A DNA stretch of 64,000 bases from Sedimentisphaerales bacterium (GCA_963663965.2 CAXXFK010000024.1:32001-96000); one strand, 5' to 3'; counted from the stretch's first letter, positions 42,173-52,083 are shown. Translations and numbers: made by a program. The notes: a model not told the origin generated them from the sequence alone.

Positions 42173-45100
42173 TTACCACCAAGTAGATTCCATCCAGTCT
42201 GACGCCAGGTATTTCCAATCGCCCAAATCAACATGGCCATCCAGTGTCAAGTCCATTTTAGAGATCATCGGGAATAGGGGCTGTAAAAACTGTGATTCCG
42301 GTCCCAGAGCCAGATAGACAACTTCATTTTGAGAAAGCGCGTAATCATATATCCTCAGATCATCTACTCGTAAAGTACCCGTTTCACTGCCCGGAATTTT
42401 TGAGATATAGGTTATTCCCGCCAATTCACCCGACAACCCTCCTGTCGCATTCAGGTTAGATGCAATCAGTTCGCCATTACGATAAATTTTCATGGTATTC
42501 AACATTGTATCTTTAATAAACGCGTAATGATTCCAGCTATTGCCATAAGAAGCACTGGAATCAATCGTCCAAACCAGAGAATCCCAGAGAGATATTTCCG
42601 GTGGACTTTGGCCGGAACTAAAATCAATGCCATTAACCTTTTGGGGATAATCTGAAGCATCGCCATAGATCCAGAAGCATAAAGTCACTTGTTCCTGGAT
42701 CGATGAAAAGGCACCTGATGGAATCATAATTCGCGTTGAATCATCTGACAGGTCAATACAACCCAGGCTATACCCCTGCGCATTCCAGACTGACGGGCAA
42801 TTCGTGTCAATAATAGCAATAAGACCATTATTACTTAGATCATTAGCAGTTAATCCACTTGATTCATCAAATGGATACCAAACCTGCAATCCAAGTTCAT
42901 TAGGTTCTTCTGCGGTAATCAGCATACTACTGCCAAGCCATGAATTAATCATTAATATCAGATCAGCATAATCGACTAAACAGTCCCGATTGATATCGCC
43001 GGTTTTGGTACGTTTTTGTTGACAACGCGGTGGATACAGCAAAATGTCATTTAGAACAAATTGACCTGAATTCCCTGAGAATTCGCCATTTCCAGTTCCG
43101 ATAATCATACTCACGATGTGAGAAAGATCCACTCCTGATCGGGAAAATTCCGATAAGGAAACCGACCAGGTTTGCCAATCATCACCCATCAGGAAATCGA
43201 TGTCGGGATTCATAACTTGACATTGGTTGACGCCATCATCCAGTTTCAAGTATAACTGTTCTCCAGGATTATCAGAAGATCCCCGAATGTAAATATCCAG
43301 ACTTGAAAAGCCAAACTGAGTCCAGTCCTGCCCTGAATCAAATATAAGTCTTGCTTCAGATCGATAGGGTTCTCTCCGGTTATCAAAATCAAAATACATC
43401 ACATTGGTAAGCGGATCATTTACAATTGCGGCCCCCGTGCCATTGGCAGAACCATCCTGCCAAAACGCATGCAACGCATCCTGATCGGGGTAATTATCAA
43501 AATTTTCAACAATGAATTTAAAACTGCCATAATAAGGTTTAACCCGGAAACTCCAGACTGGTCCCTGCGATAATACCGTTCCGGTTGAATCGCGGGATAT
43601 AATCTGCCAATAATAATCCGTATCACCTGCAAGAACATCGATACCCAGAGTCTGAGCAAGAACTGACATTGACATGGCCGCTTTGGAGGTATTGCCAGCC
43701 AAAATCATTTCGTCACCCATCCCAAACCAGACATCGTAGGAATCAATCCAGCTATCCCCATGCCAGCGGATTGTACCTGATGGATCAATCCAGTTCTGAC
43801 CATCATCAGGTACTGGATTCGATACCATACCGCCCGTTGTAAAATTCCAAACGCTTCCGGGATACGTCACTGAATTTTCAACCACATCAACGCGCCAATA
43901 ATATTGCGTTGCATATTCTAACGAGAGACCGCCCAGATCGTAGAAACGGTCAACGCCAAGATCCTGGCCGGAAATGATATCGTTACAATTACTGTCCGTA
44001 CCCAGATAAAATAAAAATATCGGACTGGCGGTATTCATGGCATTCCAGTTCAGGATAATGGCAGGTGAAACATGCTGAGTACCAGATTCTGGATCGGGTT
44101 CCACCGCCCGAGGGATAGTCCCCAGATAGAGATCCTCGATTTCCGCTTCGGATAATGGATAATCATAAATACGGATATCATCCAGTGCACCATCGAAACC
44201 GTATCCTCCTACACTATGAAAACTGTTACCCAACATAACGGGATTATCCGCACCGGTATTAATAATCAAATTACTGCCGCCCTGCCCAGAAAGAGATAGT
44301 TCCAGTTCGCCATCCACGTAAAATAGAACCTCATAGATCCCCGCGGCAGCAGGATGGGTCACCGCCACATGATGCCACTGTTCATCACGTAAATCCGTTT
44401 GGCCAATCGCATAGGTGCCGGCTATTTCCAGACGTAAAGCGCCCAATACGCCATCAGTCTCTGATGTGTTGATCCGAAAGCTATAACGTGTACCATTGGC
44501 AGTTCCACCCCAACTGACTAATGTGGTATTATTATTCTGAATGGAATCGGCTTTGATCCAGGCAGCAACCGTACGTCCCTGTTTTCCAGATACACCAGTA
44601 AAGCCAGTCGAGATTCTATCATTATTATTACTATTAAAGTCAACGGCAGAATTTGTACCTGATGGTACTGGAGCCAGATCCGCGGAAATCCAACTACACC
44701 CAACCAGAGTTCCACTCGCTGATGCCCCCCCCACCTGAGCAGTTGTCCCTGCCCCCTCACCTTCATCCAGTTTCCAATGGGCTACTAAGCCTGGCACACT
44801 TTGTGTCGTAAATTCCCAGACTTGACCAACATTAGGTGTGGAACTGCCCATTTCATAGGTATCTACACGCCAATAATAAGTCGTGTCATAAGATAATACT
44901 CCCGGTGGATCGTAAGTTTGATCCGTTTTATTGTCGATGACCTTGGAATTATTGCTTACATCAGGATTTGTACCAAAATATAAATCACACCCGCTGATTG
45001 AATCAGGTAAGACCCAGCTAAGTTGTTCGGTAACTGCCACACCAGTTGCCAAATTGGCCGGATCGGGATTAACAGCCGTTTTGATCACTTGATATTTTAA

Positions 45101-45742
45101 TTCAAGTGTGGTTCCGGTTATCTCGAAAAATTTGTCATTGACAATCTGATTCACTGTCGATAAAACAATGCCGTCGATTCGTAAGATTCCAGTTATCACT
45201 TTACTTTCAAGAAATGCCTGGTCTTTTGCCGGCGCCGTAAGCTTACCTGTGGTTCCAATAAAATCAATATACCCCCCGTTGCCACGATTGGGCAAGGGTT
45301 CACTTCCACCCCGGACATTCAGCCAACCGTTTTTTACAATTCCAATCGATCCGGGATATACGCTGAACCACTGGGCATCGACCTGGCCGCCATCAAGCTT
45401 GAAACTGCTGCCAACGGTATTTTTTCCAATATCGAAACCCGCCGTATAGAGATATCCTCCAGTTGCGGAGAGCGTACTGGGACCTTCCAATTCAATCTTC
45501 GATTTTATTACCCCACCACCTGGGATCGTCACCTGATCAATACCACCGATATCCGGTGGAACAGGATTGTTCCAGTGTGAGCTATCCGAATTGATACCGT
45601 TACCATCACTCGCATCAGTATCATCCCACCATGCCGGATCATCGGAAGTACCGGCGCCTCCCCAGGTATAATCGGCAGCGGCTATGAACTCCGCGACAAA
45701 CAGTAACAGTATAACAACCAATAATAGAATAGATGTCCTCAA
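42173..45742 (-). CDS. Large secreted multidomain protein (beta-rich N-domain, Ig-like repeats, two LamG domains, CBM-like domain, two dockerin-like repeats)
   Basis: TTG start with AGGAG RBS; signal peptide; three YYW(R/Q) Ig-like units; WHHVAVT...LDDIRIYDYPLS; CBM-like ENFDNY...WQTWSVSLSEF segment; GDINRDCLVD and DLTLDGHVD repeats. Confidence 0.8.
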   Translation of the reverse strand: MRTSILLLVVILLLFVAEFIAAADYTWGGAGTSDDPAWWDDTDASDGNGINSDSSHWNNPVPPDIGGIDQVTIPGGGVIKSKIELEGPSTLSATGGYLYTAGFDIGKNTVGSSFKLDGGQVDAQWFSVYPGSIGIVKNGWLNVRGGSEPLPNRGNGGYIDFIGTTGKLTAPAKDQAFLESKVITGILRIDGIVLSTVNQIVNDKFFEITGTTLELKYQVIKTAVNPDPANLATGVAVTEQLSWVLPDSISGCDLYFGTNPDVSNNSKVIDNKTDQTYDPPGVLSYDTTYYWRVDTYEMGSSTPNVGQVWEFTTQSVPGLVAHWKLDEGEGAGTTAQVGGASASGTLVGCSWISADLAPVPSGTNSAVDFNSNNNDRISTGFTGVSGKQGRTVAAWIKADSIQNNNTTLVSWGGTANGTRYSFRINTSETDGVLGALRLEIAGTYAIGQTDLRDEQWHHVAVTHPAAAGIYEVLFYVDGELELSLSGQGGSNLIINTGADNPVMLGNSFHSVGGYGFDGALDDIRIYDYPLSEAEIEDLYLGTIPRAVEPDPESGTQHVSPAIILNWNAMNTASPIFLFYLGTDSNCNDIISGQDLGVDRFYDLGGLSLEYATQYYWRVDVVENSVTYPGSVWNFTTGGMVSNPVPDDGQNWIDPSGTIRWHGDSWIDSYDVWFGMGDEMILAGNTSKAAMSMSVLAQTLGIDVLAGDTDYYWQIISRDSTGTVLSQGPVWSFRVKPYYGSFKFIVENFDNYPDQDALHAFWQDGSANGTGAAIVNDPLTNVMYFDFDNRREPYRSEARLIFDSGQDWTQFGFSSLDIYIRGSSDNPGEQLYLKLDDGVNQCQVMNPDIDFLMGDDWQTWSVSLSEFSRSGVDLSHIVSMIIGTGNGEFSGNSGQFVLNDILLYPPRCQQKRTKTGDINRDCLVDYADLILMINSWLGSSMLITAEEPNELGLQVWYPFDESSGLTANDLSNNGLIAIIDTNCPSVWNAQGYSLGCIDLSDDSTRIMIPSGAFSSIQEQVTLCFWIYGDASDYPQKVNGIDFSSGQSPPEISLWDSLVWTIDSSASYGNSWNHYAFIKDTMLNTMKIYRNGELIASNLNATGGLSGELAGITYISKIPGSETGTLRVDDLRIYDYALSQNEVVYLALGPESQFLQPLFPMISKMDLTLDGHVDLGDWKYLASDWMESTWW

Positions 45743-45755
45743 CGATCTTCTCCTG

Positions 45756-45775
45756 GTTACTAAGAGTTACTAAGA
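45756..45775. repeat. Tandem 10-bp direct repeat GTTACTAAGA x2
   Basis: Read directly; lies between the terminator and the RBS of the 1189-aa gene. Confidence 0.8.
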
Positions 45776-45812
45776 AAACAAACAGCGAACGCAATAAAAG
45801 CGCCCGCTGTTT
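45775..45812 (-). terminator. Terminator after the second LamG gene pair
   Basis: Minus strand CAAACAGCGGGCGC-loop-GCGTTCGCTGTTTG followed by TTTT. Confidence 0.7.
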
Positions 45813-45840
45813 GGTACTATGGGGGTATCATGACAGTCTT

Positions 45841-47961
45841 TTAATTAAAACAGGCACTTTGAGGCGCCAGATTGCAATTCAGCCAGACAGCCGTTAATTC
45901 AGCAAAGTCTTCCAGATTAACCACGCAGTCATTATTAAAATCGTTTTCAGGCAATTCGACACAAACCGATTTGCCGGTAATTTCATAATAATAATTAGCG
46001 ACGGTCAACGCATCGAGGCTGTAATTCCATATCTGAATATCATCCAGCAAACCGACATAATATTCACCCGTATCGGCACTTTCACGGCCAAATACCAATG
46101 GTTGATCGTTTGTATCGACTAAATTGAACTGATCCAAAATTTCCAGGGATAAAACGCCATCCACATAGATACGCCCGCCACCTGTTTGATGATCATAAGT
46201 GCCAACCATTAGATGCCATTGATTATCAGCTATATAGGCCGGGGAAGTAACCAATGGTTGAGTAGTATGTTGCCTGATATTAAAGATTGGGTTTCCGTTA
46301 TTCTTATTCAACAGAAAACCCGCCCAGGGGGTTACAGAACGGAGCTGTTTACCAACCAAGGCACCCCATCCGCTCTGAACGGTTTTACACCAGGCGCCAA
46401 CGGTTAGACCTCTGGGATAGAAATTATACTGATTGATACTGTCGGCAATTTGAACAATATGGCCATTGCCGGTTAATTCCAGCGCCTGACCGTCGATGCC
46501 TTCCATATAATTGGGATCAATCGCCAACGGCAGAGTATCCAGTGCCAGGAAGCCATCGCCACCGCCGACAATTTCATTATTGAGGTTATCCTCGAATTTC
46601 CAGTGCCCGATCTGACGCTTGATTGTCAAATAGGCCGCATTGGAATCAACCGAACCGGCAGTATTCGTCAGGCGACACCAATAGTATCCTTCTTTATCGA
46701 GAGAATCGACTGTTATTTCCAAAGTGTCGGCGTTCTCTCCAACCGGATTGGTCGTCTCGCCCGATAAACCAAAATACCATTGGTATTCAGTCGTAAGTGG
46801 ACTTTCTTTTGTGGCCAAGCTAAATGCAACGGATTCATTCATAAAACTTGCCACATCAACAGGCTGGGTAATGATATCCGGCTTGTATTTAATCGTATCG
46901 AACGAACTCACCAAACCAGTAATGACTGTTCCATTATTCAATCGTTCATCAATACGCAAATAGTAGGTGCGGTCGGACAATAATTCTAAACCGCCATCCT
47001 GGCCGGGATCATAATTTTCGTCACCCACAGATTGCATACCCCGATAAATGCCACTGGTATCGGCAGGTGTTGCCAAACGAACAGCGGCTTCATCTTCACC
47101 CAGATAGATATCATGACCATTGATTGCATTATATACCTGTCCGCTATTGGGATCCAATCCGACACTCCAGCTTAATATATAATCCAGGGCAATATCCTGC
47201 TGGCAGTTGGAGGGATTTACATTATGGGCATTACGCCCTTTGCAAAGTGTTTTGATTTCATTTTGACTTAATACATAATCGAAAATCATCACTTCATCGA
47301 TTACGCCATCGAAATTATAACTGGCACCATGCAAAGAACCTCCGATGGATACCGGATAAGTCGTGCCTGTATTAATAATCCGTGAGCCGGAACCTGCAAC
47401 CGGATCCAATTCGCCATCCAGATAAAAGAGCGATTGATTCACATCCGCATTTTCACCCAAGGTGACAGCGACATGATGCCACATTCCATCATTTACCAGT
47501 GAGGTGGCAATGGCATAACCACCCTGAACTTCCAAACGCAAAACGCCGGTTCCATTCAAACGGAAGCTGAAACGTTCTCCATTTGCGTTTGTTCCATAAC
47601 TTAAAATCACCGCACTTTCATTTTGAGTCACGTCCGCTTTGATCCAGGCTGAAACGGTACGGGCTGCAGCGCCTGAAATACCCGGAAATTGTGTTTCAAC
47701 AATCCCGGTAAAATCACCCGCTACACCATTCGCTTCAAAATCCAGAGCCGCAGAAGTACCTCCCGGTACCGGCGCCAGGTTGCTGGTAATCCAGAGAACA
47801 TTATCGCTCAAAGTACCATTTGCCTCTACTGGGGAACAACTGCCGGCTGTAGTCATCAAACCCGTTCCTTCTTCCATTGGCCAGTATGCCACCAGACCGG
47901 CCTGTACAGATGACAGCATAACGGTTAGTGCCAATAACGTCCATATCATTCGAATATTCAT
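45841..47961 (-). CDS. Secreted LamG-like protein (LamG - Ig-like x2 - LamG - dockerin-like tail)
   Basis: Start MNIRMIW (GGAGGA RBS); signal ending VQA; GLVAYWPMEEG, WHHVAVT, EGYYWC; DFNNDCVVNLEDF tail. Confidence 0.8.
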   Translation of the reverse strand: MNIRMIWTLLALTVMLSSVQAGLVAYWPMEEGTGLMTTAGSCSPVEANGTLSDNVLWITSNLAPVPGGTSAALDFEANGVAGDFTGIVETQFPGISGAAARTVSAWIKADVTQNESAVILSYGTNANGERFSFRLNGTGVLRLEVQGGYAIATSLVNDGMWHHVAVTLGENADVNQSLFYLDGELDPVAGSGSRIINTGTTYPVSIGGSLHGASYNFDGVIDEVMIFDYVLSQNEIKTLCKGRNAHNVNPSNCQQDIALDYILSWSVGLDPNSGQVYNAINGHDIYLGEDEAAVRLATPADTSGIYRGMQSVGDENYDPGQDGGLELLSDRTYYLRIDERLNNGTVITGLVSSFDTIKYKPDIITQPVDVASFMNESVAFSLATKESPLTTEYQWYFGLSGETTNPVGENADTLEITVDSLDKEGYYWCRLTNTAGSVDSNAAYLTIKRQIGHWKFEDNLNNEIVGGGDGFLALDTLPLAIDPNYMEGIDGQALELTGNGHIVQIADSINQYNFYPRGLTVGAWCKTVQSGWGALVGKQLRSVTPWAGFLLNKNNGNPIFNIRQHTTQPLVTSPAYIADNQWHLMVGTYDHQTGGGRIYVDGVLSLEILDQFNLVDTNDQPLVFGRESADTGEYYVGLLDDIQIWNYSLDALTVANYYYEITGKSVCVELPENDFNNDCVVNLEDFAELTAVWLNCNLAPQSACFN

Positions 47962-48028
47962 GTCATCAGTCCTCCGCATTTGAGGGTTATTGATATCAGT
48001 TTTCATTTTAGACCACCTTTCCTGTCTG

Positions 48029-50071
48029 CTACTCGATACAATCCGGGACTATATTGCAATCCATCCAATTAACCAAAAAGCGGATCAAATCTTCCAGATC
48101 CACTTGACAGTCCCGGTTCAAATCCTGTTGGATATATCCAGCGCAGGCCGGTTGTCCGGTTGTGTTGGCATACATTTCAGCGATAGCAAACGGATCCAGG
48201 GGGTAATTGTATATCTGCAGATCATCCAGTTTGCCGATAAAATACCGAGTATTGTCATCGGCAGGATGCGTCTTGCGACCACCCACGAAAATCGCCGTAT
48301 CTAGACCAGTGTAGCCAGTTTGTGTGGTTTCATCCTGTACTTCACCATCCACATACCATCTGGCAGTATCTGTCACACCATCATAAGTGACTGTATGCAA
48401 ATGCCAGGCACCACGATCATAGGGGCCAAAAGCGTCGAAACTGCCGTTAGCAAACCCTCCAACAAAATTATTCAGGGTATTTTGCCAGCGACGAATAAAG
48501 AATGACTCAAATCCTTCGGGATCACCACTGGCTAAAATATAACCGTTATGATCTGCTTCTGCAGTTTCCCAGGTCCAAATGGAGATGGTCCAGTTGGGCG
48601 ACAGTATCCTATCAGCAGGAACCGACAGACCGTCCGGTTCGCCAGCCATTTCCAATGAACCACTGCCAATTAAACCGGTACTATAAATCGGATTTCCGGC
48701 AATGACACCTTTACCTGATCCAACAATATCATTCGGATCCTCATCCAGTGGATAATGGGCGATCTGGCGCTTGATAATTAACCAGGCAAGATCACTATCG
48801 GTCGTTTTGCCATTGCTATCTATCTTAACCTGGCAATAATACTGACCTTCATTAGCAATAGTTGCACCTGGAATAGATAATTGAGGAGAATTGGTACCCA
48901 CTTCGATGTCGTTATCACCGGCCAGATACCATTGATAACTTAATCCTGTCGTATCGCCTAACAGTGGATTGGAGGCACTAAGACTTATTTCAGCAGTCAT
49001 ATCTTCATCAACCAAGGTTAAAGCGGGTTGTTCATCGATGACCGGCACCGATAAAACCGTATCAAAAGACCAAACCGGACCAGATAGATTATTGGGGTCG
49101 CCTGGAGAATACACGCCTCCCTGACCATCCGGCAGTGCATCCTGAATTTGCCATAAATAGGTTTTATCACGCATGAGACCCGTCGGCGTATAAGTTAAAA
49201 TTTCGGCAGGTGGCGATTGTGCATCAATCGTGTGTACCAGATATAAATTGGGATCGTCCAGGCTGCCATCTGACATCAAAACGTAATGTTTTTGAATTGC
49301 AGGATTAGTCTTTGAGATATCCCCAGGATCCTTGCCGGTATACCAACTTAAAGTTTGATCGAGCGGTACATCTATAGCACCATCTGACGGGGCAGGATCA
49401 TGCGGTATTTGTCGGCTAACCAGGGTAAGGTTGGCACCATCCATAACAAACGATTTACCGTTAACTTCTTCGCTGACACCGTTGGTAATCGTAGTTATAA
49501 TCTGACCATCGATCCGGACGATACCGGCCAGAATTTTTCCTTCCAGCCAGGCTTGAGTTTTTGCAGTAGTCAAGCGACCGTTATTTCCACTAAAATTCAA
49601 AAATCCACCGACCCCACCGGAAGGCAAAGGATCCCCCGTACCCCGGAGATTGACCCGCCCGGAGATAATATCCAGGGTCGATCCGCCATAACATCTCAGG
49701 TACTGAGCATTATGGAAAGCACCATTTAGAACGTAAACCGCCCCAGTACTATTTTTCCCAACATCAGAATTGGTTGAATAAAAATATGCATCACCCAGAA
49801 GAAACAGCTTACTAGGACCATCCAGCGTGAGCGCAGATTTTTGCACCCCCCCACTTGCGATTGTTATATTATCCACCCCGTTCTCAATCGGTGCGATCGG
49901 ATTGCTCCAGTGCGACAGGTCACTATTGGTGCCATCGCCATCTGTCGCATCAGTATCATTCCACCACACCAAACTCTCCGCAGAACCCGCCCCACCCCAA
50001 TAATAATCCGCTGCTAGCGTTAATCCCGGAATCAGTCCTGATAACATTAAAACCAACAATCTAAGCTTCAT
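48029..50071 (-). CDS. Secreted protein: beta-rich N-domain - Ig-like x2 - LamG - dockerin-like tail
   Basis: GGAGG RBS; signal peptide; GPVWSFDT, EGQYYC, LDDLQIYNYPL; DLNRDCQVDLEDL tail. Confidence 0.8.
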   Translation of the reverse strand: MKLRLLVLMLSGLIPGLTLAADYYWGGAGSAESLVWWNDTDATDGDGTNSDLSHWSNPIAPIENGVDNITIASGGVQKSALTLDGPSKLFLLGDAYFYSTNSDVGKNSTGAVYVLNGAFHNAQYLRCYGGSTLDIISGRVNLRGTGDPLPSGGVGGFLNFSGNNGRLTTAKTQAWLEGKILAGIVRIDGQIITTITNGVSEEVNGKSFVMDGANLTLVSRQIPHDPAPSDGAIDVPLDQTLSWYTGKDPGDISKTNPAIQKHYVLMSDGSLDDPNLYLVHTIDAQSPPAEILTYTPTGLMRDKTYLWQIQDALPDGQGGVYSPGDPNNLSGPVWSFDTVLSVPVIDEQPALTLVDEDMTAEISLSASNPLLGDTTGLSYQWYLAGDNDIEVGTNSPQLSIPGATIANEGQYYCQVKIDSNGKTTDSDLAWLIIKRQIAHYPLDEDPNDIVGSGKGVIAGNPIYSTGLIGSGSLEMAGEPDGLSVPADRILSPNWTISIWTWETAEADHNGYILASGDPEGFESFFIRRWQNTLNNFVGGFANGSFDAFGPYDRGAWHLHTVTYDGVTDTARWYVDGEVQDETTQTGYTGLDTAIFVGGRKTHPADDNTRYFIGKLDDLQIYNYPLDPFAIAEMYANTTGQPACAGYIQQDLNRDCQVDLEDLIRFLVNWMDCNIVPDCIE

Positions 50072-50584
50072 GCCAGTAACCTCCCCATAAATATAAAGTT
50101 AGGTCAAGGTTACGTCCGTAACGTCTGGACGTATTTTTATTATCTATAACTAAAAAACTCTAAATTTTTAAAATAATCAACCTTTACAATTCCTTCATTA
50201 CTGCATTTATCCATAACATGGCTTATCGAAAATTTTAAATAAATTTTTTCAACATTTGACCGTGTTTTATGATAAAGTGAACAAGCTAATGACAACTTAA
50301 TTATAACACCAAAACTGGTTATGATATCGTTTCACCGGCAATCTCTTGTATATTGGCTATTTAATTTTCAGGATTGCTTGCATGACCTTTTTAAAGTGCC
50401 AAAAGTCTCAATAAGCACTAGCACACATAACTCTAATGAATAAAGATAGTTACAAACTTCATTTCAGGCAAAGCCCGCTATCCCGATAAAACCATATGAT
50501 TTTCCTTTCTGATCGCCTTACTTATTCAATTATTGAAAACTTTCTACAGATCAATATGACTTTTTTCTATAGGGTATATATCCC

Positions 50585-51778
50585 ATGAGATCAATTCAGG
50601 AACTTTTTCTTACCGGTTTTGGACCATCCAGCAGTCATACAATGGCGCCCGCCCGGGCTGCACATCAATTCGGTGTCAATTTCCCGGAATCGGTAAGATT
50701 CAGAATCACGCTGTTTGGCAGCCTGGCGGCAACTGGTAAAGGTCATCAGACCGATACTGCCATCACGCGAGTGTTGGCGCCTAAACCAGTTGAAATCATC
50801 TGGCAGGCCGGGATCATCCTGCCTCAACATCCCAATGGTATGTTATTAGAAGCATTTAATACATCCAATCAACTTATCGGCAGTACTGAGGAGTTCAGTA
50901 TCGGTGGCGGATCGTTACTGAGTGACCCGGATTCCAATCATATTTACCCGATTTCAACATTGACAGAAATTCTTGAATCTTGTGAAAAAGCCGGAAATCA
51001 TTTATGGGAACATGTTGAAGAAATTGAAGGGTCACAGATATGGCCATTTCTTGACCATGTTTGGCAGATGATGCAATCCTGTATTCGGACCGGACTGCAA
51101 AACAAAGGAAAATTGCCTGGCAATCTGGGATTGACACGCAAGGCAGATTCCTTTTACCAGAGAAGCCGTAACCTAAAATCTGAATTCCGCCGGGAAGCCC
51201 TGCTGGCAGCTTATGCCTACGCGGTTTCAGAAGAAAATGCCAGCGCCCATCAGGTTGTTACTGCTCCGACCTGCGGGTCCTGCGGGGTCTTACCGGCCGT
51301 ACTCTATCTTTTTCAAAAAGAAAATCGTCTCGATACCAGGGATATTCTGCGAGCATTAGCAACTGCCGGACTCATTGGCAACATAGCCAAGACCAATGGC
51401 TCGGTATCCGGAGCCATGGTCGGATGCCAGGGCGAAGTCGGTGTCGCATGCGCCATGGCCGCCGGCGCTGTGGCCCAACTCTATGGCGGTTCCCCCCGCC
51501 AGATCGAATATGCCGCGGAAATGGGTCTTGAACATCACCTCGGACTGACTTGTGATCCGGTCAACGGCCTGGTTCAAATTCCCTGTATAGAACGAAACGC
51601 TCATGCCGCCTGTCGAGCATTGAGTTGCGCCCGTTTTGCCCTGCTTTCCGATGGCCTTCATCGCATTTCATTTGACGATGTTATCGCAGTTATGATGGAA
51701 ACTGGATGCAGCCTGTCCCACCAGTACAAAGAAACCTCTCTGGGTGGGCTGGCCAAACGTTATTTAAAGAATCTATGA
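50585..51778 (+). CDS. sdaA: L-serine dehydratase, Fe-S, single-chain form
   Basis: GPSSSHT, GSLAATGKGH, EENA...VVTAPTCG, GCQGEVG, EHHLGLTCDPV, QIPCIERN, YKETSLGGLA. Confidence 0.93.
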   Translation: MRSIQELFLTGFGPSSSHTMAPARAAHQFGVNFPESVRFRITLFGSLAATGKGHQTDTAITRVLAPKPVEIIWQAGIILPQHPNGMLLEAFNTSNQLIGSTEEFSIGGGSLLSDPDSNHIYPISTLTEILESCEKAGNHLWEHVEEIEGSQIWPFLDHVWQMMQSCIRTGLQNKGKLPGNLGLTRKADSFYQRSRNLKSEFRREALLAAYAYAVSEENASAHQVVTAPTCGSCGVLPAVLYLFQKENRLDTRDILRALATAGLIGNIAKTNGSVSGAMVGCQGEVGVACAMAAGAVAQLYGGSPRQIEYAAEMGLEHHLGLTCDPVNGLVQIPCIERNAHAACRALSCARFALLSDGLHRISFDDVIAVMMETGCSLSHQYKETSLGGLAKRYLKNL

Positions 51779-51963
51779 ATATACTGATCCGGCAGTGCCG
51801 GAACCAAACAGGATCACAGCGCCATTCACCAACCTGAAAAGATTTCTTTCCAATTTGCGTTCGATACCATTGGTAAGAGACTTACAATAGTCAAATGATT
51901 TTGGTTATTAAAGTGCCTAACAAAATGTTTATCATGGAGATACCGAGCGAAAAAGAGGTCAGC

Positions 51964-52083
51964 ATGGTTGAAAACCCGCCTCAGGAGGGCAGCAGGGATC
52001 AAACACCCGCAGGCAACTCCTCTATAGTTGTCGATGATTGGGGTCCCGAGAACACAGCGGACACCTTTTGCGGCCGGTCGTAG
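51964..52083 (+). CDS. Possible 39-aa small protein
   Basis: AAGAGG five nt before the ATG; double TAG stop. No family recognised. Confidence 0.25.
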   Translation: MVENPPQEGSRDQTPAGNSSIVVDDWGPENTADTFCGRS

